This document shows, piece by piece, positions 27,094 to 38,734 of a stretch of 46,351 bases of DNA (position 1 is the stretch's first letter; each line of letters starts with the position of its first letter). The translations under genes and the position numbers were made by a program. The notes under the pieces are model-generated. The model ran no database searches, was not told the origin of the DNA, and worked only from the letters and a program-made list of their open reading frames with translations. This DNA comes from Trypethelium eluteriae (taxonomy: Eukaryota): contig JAVECL010000133.1 of assembly GCA_051942245.1 (NCBI GenBank), positions 1 to 46,351 on the forward strand, given 5' to 3'.

Positions 27094-27532
27094 CAATTTG
27101 TACTGTTCGACGGGAGACAATGGGTTTTTCTTTTTTGAGATGAAACAATGATGAAGGAAGAAGGTGCCAAGGAATTGGGTCTGACTAACTTGGACTGTTT
27201 GATTGGTTGTTGTTTTACATAGCGTTTATAGTGGGTAGTAGTTCGCTTGTTTAAGACGCGCAACCAGCGGCTGCCTGAAGCGAACATTTCTCCACAGAGG
27301 TATCTAGGGAATCAATGAAGACGTCAATGATCCTGTCCAGGTGACCATTCACGGCGTTAATGCGAAGCTGATGTGGACGATTGAAAGGCCTAAACCGAAT
27401 CCGTCAATAACACCATACACGAAGCTACGGCTCGGGCCCCGCTCTCAATTATTCATAAACAACTCCTCCAGTCCGCCACTCTAGTACCGTGTTCCTGCTG
27501 TTCTCCATTCTATGAGCATCAGGCCAAGAAAG

Positions 27533-28481
27533 ATGGCCTCAGCAACCGGCATTCCGAGTCATGTGGGCGAGCAGGAGCCATTGCTTGGAGGACCTGGAGA
27601 TGCCTCTCAGAAAGACAAGCCACTTTACCACAACTTTGCAATTGGTAAGGCTCAGACGGGTTCCAATGCTCACGCTTCAGAATTTAACTGACTTTCCGAA
27701 GGGACTGCCACTGTAGCTCAAGCTGGAATATGGGTTGTAAGTTCAAGATTGGTGAAGCCAAGATTGTGAGAGCTGTTTCCACTAACTGTAGCCGTGAAGC
27801 TTACAGCTATCATATGGGGCGCTGTCTTCTCCCATGATCTAATATTTTTTTCAGCTCATCCAGTAAGTTGCATCACAGCCAAATTAACGATATGAAGATC
27901 ACTAATTTTGCTTGTCTCAGCTATTGAACTCTGTAAGTCCCCTAAGAATCTCCAAGCTTCTTTCTCACTTGACTTTTCGCTGACATTTTTGCTTGTAGGC
28001 TGCCATCCTCTTGCTGACCCAAGGCATCCTCGTCCTCCAACCGACCTACACAGCTCAGCAAAAGAAGCAGGGAACCTATGTACATGCGACGCTCAACGAC
28101 CTTGCATTAGCTGCGGCTATCGCTGGTCTTGTCGTCATCGAGATCAATAAAGCGGATCACGGCGGGCATTTTGAATCGCCCCATGCCATCCTAGGTTTGA
28201 TTACCTACATAGCCATGGCACTCCAGGCCATCGTCGGCATTACACAATACTTCGTCCCCCAGATATATGGCGGTGAGTCGAATGCGAAGAAGCTCTACAA
28301 ATACCACCGCATGTCAGGCTATGTGATCCTCATCCTGGCGCTGGCGACGATATGCGCTGCGACCACGACTGGATTCAACCTGAATGTTCTGCACATGCAA
28401 CTATGGGCTATCATCGTCGCGTCCGTCTTGACCGTTGTGGGCGTCTTTGCGAGAATCAAGAAACAGAAGCTTGGTTTCTGA
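27533..28481 (+). CDS. Cytochrome b561-domain membrane protein
   Basis: Five exons including a 12-nt exon at 27921-27932. MASATGIP...EQEPLLG, FSAHPLLNS; heme His candidates in YVHATLN, FESPHAILG and YKYHRMSGY. Confidence 0.88.
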
Positions 28482-29136
28482 GCGATCACGAGGCCTCGCC
28501 CGAGCGGTAAGGCACCCATAATGCTATTACTCGCGGGATTTTATGTCGCACATATGGAATCCTTGTCCAGATGAGATGAAGATTGGGTTTGAAACTGTGG
28601 GGAGGTTGGTCGTCCGTTTGTCGAGTTGAGGGCATATATTGCTAGCGATTTGATGTAAAGTACCTTATTGTGCGACGTCTTTTCTTGGCGCGGAGATTTT
28701 CGAAAATTCGTAGCAACGAGCTTTGGTTTGCCTTAGTAACACATGAATCTGCGCTATCTTTGGCAATCTCGGGACGAGAAACGGTGCGGGTAAACCTGAA
28801 ATTGCGTCTTTAGCGTGAATCCCAAGAGCGCGGCGAGCGCGTTCCCCTCCAGCTGGAGACCCCTTTTGCGTGTCTTTCGCGCCCTCGGTACTCTTTCAGT
28901 TCTTTACGAAAAATCTATTAAAGCCTTTCTAACGAATCTCACGTGGCGACCGGTCATAATGTACTGTATAATGATAATTCACTAATCATGTGGTCTCCAA
29001 CATTGTAATGCCACGGTTACTCTAAATCATTCCGATAGCACCCCTCGCCGAAACCTGACTACACCTCAACTACATCCTACCGCGACTAATTCCCCTCAAG
29101 TGCTCCTGCGCTCCTCCTTGCCGCCAATGCACGAGA

Positions 29137-31940
29137 ATGAGCGGCCAGGTGAACGGTCAAGAGACTGCGCAAGTAATAAGTAATAGTCTGCGGACAGGAC
29201 TGCACGATATCCCGAAAATTACCTCCGAGCCCTCGAGCAGTCTGAGCCATCCTACGGTTGCAGGTGCAGAGTGTACGGCGCAAGACTCTTTTCAACGATC
29301 TCAGAATCATATATCCTCAGATCCAGCCTTACTTAGGGCTCAGTTGTCGCATGAGGAAGACAAGCGCGACTCGGCCATTGCAACCTCCACTCAGAGCGAC
29401 TGCAGAGGATCAATGGAGAATGACACAAACAAAGTGAAGTCGGGGGAAGACGTACCGAGGATAGTTGTTGACCAGCAACAGGATGGGGAATTGGATAAAT
29501 GGAAAGTGAAAGCGTTGCAGCCGCCGCCCAGAAAAGATAGGTTAAGGTTACGACCCGCTACAGCAGTACACAAATCTCGAGGGCAGCCTGAGAGGCAAGA
29601 GCCAATAGTGCGACCCTCTACAGCTGGGCATTTCCGGGGCATTTCGACGGTCATACCTTCTAGCAGTCTCGAAGGTCTGTCATCACTAAGCAATCTACGT
29701 TTCTCCAATCGTGGTACACTTGTTCTGGGTGATGAAGAGGCAGATGCTGTATGGAAATCAACTAAATCATTTGAGCCTCCAACAGGAGCGTCCGCCGAGG
29801 CCGTCAATCAGGTATCTACCGACGCTTCTCAAGAGACCTCTACAAAACTTCCTCCTGAAACTCCAACAACTCGAAGGAGACCAAGCACACACAGATTGAA
29901 GCTCATGGATGCTCCTTCTTCGCGACTGCTATCCGCGGACGATGTCATGTTATCTCAAAGAGTTCGATCTATGTATGAAGCAGGCAGTGAAAACCCCATC
30001 GGTGAAATTCCCCGCCCCCGATCAGCTGTTGCTCGGCAGGCAGATGCGTCGCAAGTTGATACTCTTCGCCCCCAAACTGGAGAATCTTTCCTCCGACCGC
30101 TTAGCAGAGTGAGCGCGCCGTTTCCCAGGGAAGAAAATGAGACGGCTGGTGGCATTGAGGATTGGGAAGATCTCAACGGAGAAGATGTTGATCGCTATGG
30201 ATTCATACTTCCCGTTTCAGAGCATTCTCAGGACATGTTGAGAAATTCTGCGTCACCGAGACCAAAAATGCAGCGGGTTGCGAGTTCGCTCTTGTTGGCC
30301 TCTCAAAAACCGCGTCAAAAAAGAACGATTGGAAGATCTCCGTCGAAAGCTACATCTTCCCGTTCAAACAATAATCAGGGATCGAGACTAAACAGACGGC
30401 CATCGAAGAAGTCGTCTCGGCCCGCCAGTTCTGTACATTCAGAAGATACTGGGAGATCACAAGCTTCATCACAGAGTCGATACCGCATTGCCACAAATAA
30501 ATTACCGCACAATCGCAAACGTCGCATAGTTGACGAAGCTGGCGACATGTTGACTTTGCCTCCTGGTCTCCCCGATATCGAGGAGGAAGGGCAAAATAGT
30601 CAAATCGCCTACAAAATCAAATCGAAAGAGTGGAGCCGAGAAGAGAAGTGGAGGAAGATGTCCAAGGCCAGTCAAACAGGGCCCAAAGGTGGAGGTATGA
30701 CCTTTGACTTCGACACGCGCAATCCCAAGGTGATCTCGAGAACGTGGAAAGGTGTACCAGATAAGTGGCGGGCTTCTGCTTGGCACGCTTTCCTATCGGC
30801 CAGCGCGAGGAGACGCAAGACTGGTGAGACGGATGAAGAGCTTGTGGAGAGATACTTCGAGCTGCAAGAAGAGGATTCAAAGGACGACGTCCAAATCGAC
30901 ACTGACGTTCCTAGGACAATCAGCGACCACGTCATGTTCAGAAAGCGGTACCGTGGAGGGTATGCTATCATGAAGCATGCTTGAAATTGCCAAACCTCGC
31001 TAACCCTGATCAAAGGCAACGCCTACTGTTCCGCGTTCTACACGCAATCTCACTTTACTTCCCTGATACCGGCTATGTCCAGGGCATGGCATCCATTGCC
31101 GCAATGTTTCTGAATTATTACGACGAGGAGCAGGCTTTCGTCATGCTGGTGCGGGTCTGGGAACTCAGAGGTTTGGAGGCCCTCTACAAAACTGGCTTCG
31201 AAGGTCTCATGTCGACACTGGAAACCTTCGAAAAGAAATGGCTTGCCGATGGGCAGGTGGCCCGGAAATTGGTGAGTCCAGAAACGTTATTTTTTTCATT
31301 CCGTCCAGGAAGGATTTTATCCAGTGGGGTTAGAGTTGATCCCCGTGATATCTATCCTTAACCGTGCATTGTCTGCTGTCGCGCAACCCGACTCTTCACA
31401 CCGCTCACGTCCCCGAAGCCCATTGTAAGAGACACGTCGTCCGGCAACACCGTCCACGGGCAAGCTCGGGGCGACGATCTTAATCTAATGGCAAAGTCTT
31501 TTTGACTTCTTTTACTTTAAAAACCTAGAAATATAGAGCCCTGTCTAACGGTTCTCGTACTGCAGGACGAACTCGGCATCGCTTCTACCGCGTATGCTAC
31601 CCGCTGGTACCTGACGATCTTCAACATTTCAATCCCATTCCCCGCGCAGTTGCGCGTCTGGGACGTCTTCTTGCTTCTCGGAGATGCTCCTCCGACGTCG
31701 AGGGCCCCTCCGGCGGTAGATGGGAAGAATGCAAACCAGGTCGACTTCGGTGGGGCGGACCTGGATGTGCTGCACGCAACGTCGATGGCCCTGATCGATG
31801 CGACGCGCGAGATCCTGCTCGATTCGGACTTCGAGAATGCGATGAAGACACTCACGTCGCAGATCCCCGTCCGGGATGAAGATATCTTAATGCGTGTGGC
31901 CAAGACAGAATGGAAGGCGAAAAAGAAGAGGTCTGCTTAG
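29137..31940 (+). CDS. Rab-GAP TBC-domain protein
   Basis: Exons 29137-30959, 31016-31271, 31566-31940. VDRYGF, WKGVPDKWRASAW, R-finger IDTDVPRT, Q-finger YVQGM, LRVWDVFLL. Confidence 0.92.
31310..31512 (+). other. Structured segment (two long hairpins plus small hairpin/T-tract) inside a 294-nt TBC intron; candidate ncRNA or inserted element
   Basis: Manual pairing. Hairpin 1: AAGGAT/ATCCTT, TATC/GATA, GGGG/CCCC (31310-31359). Hairpin 2: CCATTG/TAATGG, TAAGA/TCTTA, CGTCGTCC/GGGCGACG (31420-31491). Then AAGTC-T5-GACTT and CTTTT. Confidence 0.4.
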
Positions 31941-31993
31941 TTGTTGCGGATCGCCCCCCAAACCTTAGGGCTGTCGGGCATCGACGCAATTTG

Positions 31994-32019
31994 CTCGCTT
32001 GATTCGCTTGATTCGCTTG
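31994..32019 (+). repeat. Short 9-bp tandem repeat (TCGCTTGAT, ~3 units) in TBC 3' region
   Basis: ctcgcttgattcgcttgattcgcttg is directly visible. Confidence 0.7.
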
Positions 32020-32639
32020 TTGCTGACCTGGGGGGCGCCTCACGATTTTTCGAAGGAGTTGGTGCAGAGCGGTGGCTCCGTCAACCCACGCCGAGCCACG
32101 TTTCGAGGTGCTGAACAAGCTTACCCGGGGGGATGCGACGTTGTTGCCGACAGGTAGCCGGCGACCTGCCAGAAGAAGCATTTGCTGGCCCGGAAAGGTG
32201 ATGGATCGGCGCCGCGGAAGTGGTTTTGGTACTCAGAAGGGCCGAGAGAGCCGTCTTGCTGGACCGGTTGGTGGGGATGCTTGACCGACCCAGGCTTAGC
32301 TTCGACGATCACTGAGATAGTGACCGCGTCGCGTGGCTCCTCACGTGGCGTGGGTTGTCAGGGCAGCCCCTGCTTGGTTGTTGTGGGCAAGTTTTCCAGA
32401 AATCCAGAAATTAATTGCTTGAGCTTTGTACGGAATACAGAGCTTCTCTGCGAAGCTGATTGTGTCATCTCATGAATTAGGTCGTTTTCCAACGACCGTT
32501 TCTCGTATTTGATTCCGAGGCAAGGAGTCCCTGGCACTGCAAAGACCGAGGTTTAATGTGTAATCCAGGCCTATATTCTGTAATGCGCTATAGTCTTAAT
32601 GTAATGTGTGGTGGATTGGGTTTGTGTATGGATACCTTA

Positions 32640-32809
32640 CCGTGGCTGGGGGGTTCCTCAACTGGTAATTAATACAATGTTACCTCAGTTGACTGTTATG
32701 ACCATGTTGGCCCTTCTGAAGACGGCGTTAACCTGGGTCAACAAGGTCTCAACAGTAAAGTCGAAATAACATTGTATTGATTACCAGTTGAGGAAGCTCC
32801 CAGCCGCGG
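32640..32809. mobile_element. MITE (Tc1/mariner-type, fold-back), copy 2, complete, 170 bp
   Basis: Flanked by TA (32638-39 and 32810-11). Left 43-bp TIR CCGTGGCTGGGGGGTTCCTCAACTGGTAATTAATACAATGTTA versus right TIR has 4 mismatches. No ORF. Second copy at 1-138. Confidence 0.9.
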
Positions 32810-35800
32810 TACGGTATAGATGGGCGATTCGACTACCGATTCTTCCGGGTTCGCCCAGTAAATCAGACTGGAGGTAAACTCCGTACTCCATACTCCATGC
32901 TCGATAGTCAACGTTGCAAAAGTATCGCGGCTTCAGCTGCCGGGTGATTGCGACAGCTCATGTACAGTCGAATGGGCAGGTGGACGACACAAGGTTTAAG
33001 TGTTACTCGATAGAGTGAAGATTGTCGCCTGTCAGTTCGCCTTCCAACTTCTCCCGAAGCCACTGAGCCTAACGATTGTTCGGTCGGGACTAACGGTTCT
33101 AATTCGTTTCGACATTCACTTCTCCAGCCGCCCTCTGTAACGTCGACGTCCTACCTTGAGTCTGGAAAAAGAAGGGCACGGCAGATCGCCTCGCTTGAGC
33201 TTGCCTTCCACCAGACCAGGTTAGGTTGATCTACACCCGAGCTTGATGTGGGGGGACTCACTATTACTTCTAGGCACTTTTGAGCACACCAGGCATTTAC
33301 GCCTTCACTCGCGCGCAAGGGAAAAGCAAGCGCTATGTTAAAAAGGAAGTCGGGCTCGCGTAAGGTGCCGGAAAGCTTCCGATTGACATGGAAGCCTTGT
33401 CATACTCCGCGGACCACCGCTGGCTGCGTTCTCGTCAAAGGTCAAGTATTCTGGGACCTTCATCTAGCAAATGCTTGAACCTGGAAATTCAAGTCTTCCG
33501 GTTGCCCAACCGGTCATGCCGTCTATCCGAATAAGGCGGTCATTTCAGTGATTGGAGCGGATGGCATCAAGCATCCTTCAAGCATCTGCGCTTCTTCGCA
33601 GGTACCGGATGTAAGGCTTCAATTCCTGATTTCCAGCGGCGTCATGTCCTGCTCCACGATTGTTGCATCATTCGCCCTTTCCAGCTCCTCAGCCAGTCCC
33701 TGCGTTCTACCGTGCGCTTGGGATCCAGCCCCGGTCACGATGGACCACTCATCCACTGATCCAGCGGACGCGAGATTGAGTCCCCCTTCAAGTCCTCTGT
33801 GGCCAGTTACGGCAACGCCACTGTTTGGCATTGATTCCACAGCGACATTCTGGGCTAGCCTGGCCATGTACCTTATTAAAAATGGGTAATTAGCAATCAC
33901 CTTCGGAGGAATTGCTCCGCAACCAACAATCTCTGGCGACGAAGCCGCGGACCATCTGCAGCCGCTGAACGGAACGCTATCGCGCTAATCTCCAGATTCG
34001 AGTGGTGAAGCTCGCCATTTGCCAGAGCTGACGACAACTCACAGAGATGCCTGTTGGAGCATTTGTCCACGCAACACTTTTTTTCAAACTTGATTGTTCT
34101 CATTCCGACGGTCCGAATAAATCCGCCGTCGAATTGGATGAAGAGCTGGAGACCAGGCTAGAATCTGCTCAGATCGATGCGCCTACCCACTATGACCATA
34201 CAGACAGCAAACACAGCACCACAGGACGAGCCGTTCAAAGTAGCTATTTGTTTCTTCTTTGCTCCGATCACGGGGCGCGTTGGATGAAATTGCAAGCGCA
34301 CAGTTGCGTACAAAACGGGCAAATAGTGTCCAAGCCTCATATCGCCGAAGTCGCTGGCGTAGATTGGCGTTCAGCTCCAGATCCTGCTCTAGGCCAGCGA
34401 TCATTAGGTGATTAAGCAGCCTGGGCGCGGCACGATCCTTTTCATTATCACTATCATCATCATCATTAAACCCCGGAATAGCGGTGCAGTCCCCGGTAAA
34501 AACCCCCCCCCCCATCCCTGGCGTAGACAGCTGGCCACTGCGTCTCGTTCCCAAGACCACTTTGTCGGAGATGATTCTGTGCCACCACCAGCCACAGACA
34601 TCACGTCCTCGCTAGCATTAGAACGGCCGTTGAGCCTGCTTCCAGACAGGCCGGAGATATAAGCAAATGACGGCGAGTGGCGAAGACGAAGCAAACTCGA
34701 ACAGGCCGTATGTGCGAAGACGGCCACTGGACGGCGCTCACTTCCCCTTCCAGTACCGTTCCCAGCGCGCTGAGCAGTCTTGACAGAGCCCCAATTCCGC
34801 GATGATGGGGCGTGACAAGTGAGCAGACGTAACTGGGGAAAGCCCCAGGCTGATGATTCGTCGTAAAGCGCCTCAGAAGAGCCTGTGGCTGCCCCGTTGC
34901 TGGCGCATCCCCGTCCGCTGGCGACACATGCACGTCAGTGTGCCCCCCAGCCCAAGAGGACGCGGGCTCACGAGAGTTACGCTGGCGCCGCTGGCTCCTC
35001 TGCCCTGCAGCTCTTGGATACGCCGGCAACGCCACGCGAAGACCTACCGACAGAACAGCGACCATGCTCCCACGCCCCAAGCCGCGCCTTTCATCCCCGT
35101 CACCTCACTCGCCATCTGCCCTGCGACGAACGTCCACCGTCATTCTTCCTTTTCTTTTTTTTTTTTTTTTTCCTTCTTCCTTTCTCCGCCGGATGCTGAT
35201 CCTGGTCGCGCTCCCTCCGCAGCTGCAGCTGCTCGACCCGCTAGACTTGTCCGACAGGGTTCTGCTGGCGCGCTCGTCTGACCTTTATTGAGCTTCTTAG
35301 CACTCGTTGCCGCATCTTATCCTTCATTCGCTCCTTTCGTTCCTTTCTCTCCTGCAAATCCTGGCGTGACTTGCCCCCCTCTGCTTTCCGAATTGGTCTT
35401 CGTTGTCGTCTTGCCCGCAACTCGAAACGTCCTGTCCTTCCCAAAACGCGTTTTCTCGTCTGGCGCCGTCAATCATCCTGGAAATGGTCGAGTCCCGGCT
35501 GGCTTACCCATAGACTCGTTGGTAGGATCTAGACTTTCCACCCTAACTCGGGCCTCTGCACATCCCAGCTATTGATCATCTCTACCACGCGAGCATATCT
35601 TCGTACATAGCTAGGATCAACATTCAAGCGTCCGTCTTACCTTCCCCTTCAATTCTCAGCGTTACCCAAAAGCCTCGGACAAGGCTGGTGCACCCGTGCG
35701 GATCGCTGCCTTGAACGATTCGCATTGGTCCCCTTGTTGTTAAGTTTAACGCAACGGTCTCGTCTTCTCTTCTCAAGTGGGTAACTCTTCTCGAACTTCT

Positions 35801-35952
35801 CCATAAAGTATATCTCTTCCCAGCTGTAGTCTACTTGGATACATTAGTGATCATTTTCCCCCCTCCAAACGGAATTTTGTTGTCCAACCAATTCATCGCT
35901 CTCCAGCCCTCCCACATGACTGCCCACGAGTCCTGACTCGAAAGTCGCATCA

Positions 35953-37445
35953 ATGTTGCTAACGCTGTCCGCGCCAGCCAAAACCGAATTTGACTTTAAA
36001 CCTCCTCATGACTACTCTCCGCCATTATCGAACTCTGTTGCGCGACCTTCTCCTAAAGCCAACAGCGGCTCTTTACCCCCGCTGCCGGTCAGTGCTTCCT
36101 CAACGATGAGTACGCCTCATCGCGGTCTTCCGCCGCCTGCGGCGATGACCTTGCCTGATCCGAGTCGTGGGCAAGCTCCTCTTTCCCAGTCTTTCAACCA
36201 GATGCCAGCACCTCCTTCACAATGGCAAGGTGCTGAGGAACCTATGAGGAATTGGCTGTTAGCGAAAGCCGAAGAAGATAAGAGGAAACAAGAAGAAGAG
36301 AAAACTAAGCAAGAGACGATCAAACTCGATCAGCGAAAAATTGAGCAATCTATGTTACGAGAGTCTCTTTCGGGTGGTATCCCACAGCACCTCATCCCAC
36401 TGATTTTCGCTGGTATAGGTGGTGGGAACTTGACCAACGCTAGTCTTGAGTTGCTACAGCACTACATGGTACAACTTCAAGCACAGCAGCAGCAGCCTTC
36501 GCAACAGCCAATTCCAGGAGCTCAAGCATCGCCAGACGTTCGCCGAGAGACGAGGATGATAAATCCCGGTCAAACGAGTGCATATAACGTGGGACCACAA
36601 CCAGCGCAACAGTCGCTGCCCGCTGGACCAGTCTTACCAGGACAGCCTTTGGCGCAAGCAGCACCTGGATATTCACTTGGAGGCGCTTCTCCATCCAATC
36701 GAGCCAGAGCCTCGAGTCTGGCCAGCGCACCAACGTCTGCGCCACGTCCACCAGCCCATGCAGCACTACCGAGATTGACTACAAACGAAATGCAAATTCA
36801 TCAACCTCCCCCCAATTCTCAGGGAGTCCATCAGCTGCACCAGAATGCGCCATCCGGCCCACAGGAGGCAGCAGCGTCTTCGCCATCCATTTACTTCCAT
36901 CATTGGGTGCCGCCTACCTCGCAAGCGGAAAAGTCCTTGGAGAAACAGCCATCAACGCCCTCAGGTAAATCAAGATCATAAACCACTACACATCAAGCCG
37001 AGTCTGATTCAAGAATTTGGATGTAGAGTACACACATTCGCCTAAGAAACGAAAAGCTCAAGGCGCACATCCAGCAGCACCAGCACCTTCGACCGCTCAA
37101 CATCAAGGCACCTCCCCATCCTTCTCCCAGATTTCATCTTCAACTTCGACAACGACGACACCCGGAAAACGCAGCCAACATGCTCGAAATCGCAGCGATG
37201 TTTCTGTTCGCGGTCCTGAGCTTCAGACCAGGCCGACTAGCCGTCGAAGCGGCGGTCATTTCCATGAATTTGCAGCCGAGGAGGCACAGCCATCCCAGTT
37301 TTCCGAAGAGCGTAGTGAGCGTCGTCATTCCGCTCAACGAGAGACGGGGCTACTGCAACAGTCACGATATTCGTCGGGATCGCGGCATGGTTCCGAACAC
37401 TCTTCTCCGAAGCGCGAAGAACCGTCGAGTCGGAGCGTGCCGTGA
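35953..37445 (+). CDS. Pro/Gln/Ser-rich putative nuclear regulator (Bop3-like motif)
   Basis: Exons 35953-36964 and 37027-37445. PHRGLPPP, WLLAKAEEDKRKQEEEKTKQETIKLDQRKIEQSMLRESLSGGIPQHLIPLIF, SIYFHHWVPP, NLS-like PKKRK. Confidence 0.8.
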
Positions 37446-38734
37446 ATTTCATCATTATCATCATCATCACTGCTACATACTGCGATATAACGTCTACCGA
37501 ATCCTTACCGCTTCAAGCACGCGAGGCTTTCCTTCCACGTCCATAGCTTTTCTCATTCGGGCCACAAGACTTAGGCCCATCACATTTTGGGATTCATGTA
37601 CATGTTGCATGCACATTCGACTATATACCCTTTCTGCAACTAGATTTGGCTTTCTTAGGGATATCCGAGGTTCGGATCTTTGGATTTCTTGGACCGAGCG
37701 CAGCACCTGCAGATTCGCTCGGTCCCACACTTTTTGGGTTTTTTTTCTTTTTTTCTTCTTCACACATGATCTGCACACGCAAGGCGTTTTGATTTTTATG
37801 TCGCAGAGATGTAAAAATATCGTGGGGAAATTTGTCCCCGCTTGAGGTTTTAGCCTTCTTCGCCTCTTAATCCGGCGGATTTACCGGAGCTTCGAACAGT
37901 TTGGTTGTGGGTGGGCCGAGTTGCATCAGATTGGGCTGGGCCATGATGCAGCCGACCCAGTCGTTCCATTATTTTTTTGGGGCGTTGTGATGCATGAGCA
38001 GCGTCTGTCGAGTCAGTTTCTGCTGTGGTCACTTGGGACGCAAAGCAGACCGACTCCTTTTTGTTTTCTTCTGTTGATTGATTACCTTAGCTTCTTAGAG
38101 GCGGCTGATCGCTGTCCTTGTAGAGTCCTTATGTAGATGTAAGCGAGGCTTGGCGCATGCAAGCTTTTGCGATTCGGATACACAGATCGCCAAACGGCTG
38201 GATCCAATGCATCACAACACTGTTTCAACTTACATCCCCCAGGCTGATGTCAAATGAATGCAGCTTAAACGCTTCCACACCTGTTTTGTGTGTCTTGAAT
38301 CTGGAGATTTACCAATTATCGCCACGTCTGACGACTGGCGTCTCCTGAAACACGCCTTTCCGGGTGTGCATAGTGGGGCTGCGGGTTCCGTGGTAAAAGG
38401 GGACACCGAATAGTGGAGTCTGCATTGTACCGCCTGATGCAGTACTTCCACTGGAGCGCGTCCTTCACCGCTACGCGGAAAGATTCTTCCCCTTTGGGGC
38501 TCGTCTAACGCCATTCCGTCACTACCAACCATGGGAGACAACATTGCCATCATTGCTTAGACTATCATGAAGATGCCGAATTCATATCCCAGTCAAAGGC
38601 TTTCGTGGCACATGGGACCGTTTAGATAACAACCGTCGTTCTAAAATAGGGAACTCCTCATACTACGGGACCACATGGAAAAGACATGTCTTACATTTGA
38701 TTCGTGCTCGAAACCTATGTGGAGCTACGGAGTA

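Noticed and set aside
31352..31362. TATCCTTAAC resembling U12-type splice signals
   Set aside because: It is internal to a normal GT-AG intron with its own CTAAC branch, and filamentous ascomycetes are not known to retain the minor spliceosome.
31400..31480. HDV-like ribozyme suggested by CTCACGT and GGCAACA
   Set aside because: The required P3 and P1 pairings around the putative L3 loop could not be formed.
34601..35575. Several 95-160 aa ORFs upstream of the Bop3-like gene
   Set aside because: Low-complexity GC-rich and T-tract promoter/leader sequence, open in many frames with no protein-like signal.
37180..37845. 221-aa ORF overlapping the end of the Bop3-like gene
   Set aside because: An alternate frame running into 3'-UTR simple repeats (CAT)n and T-tracts.
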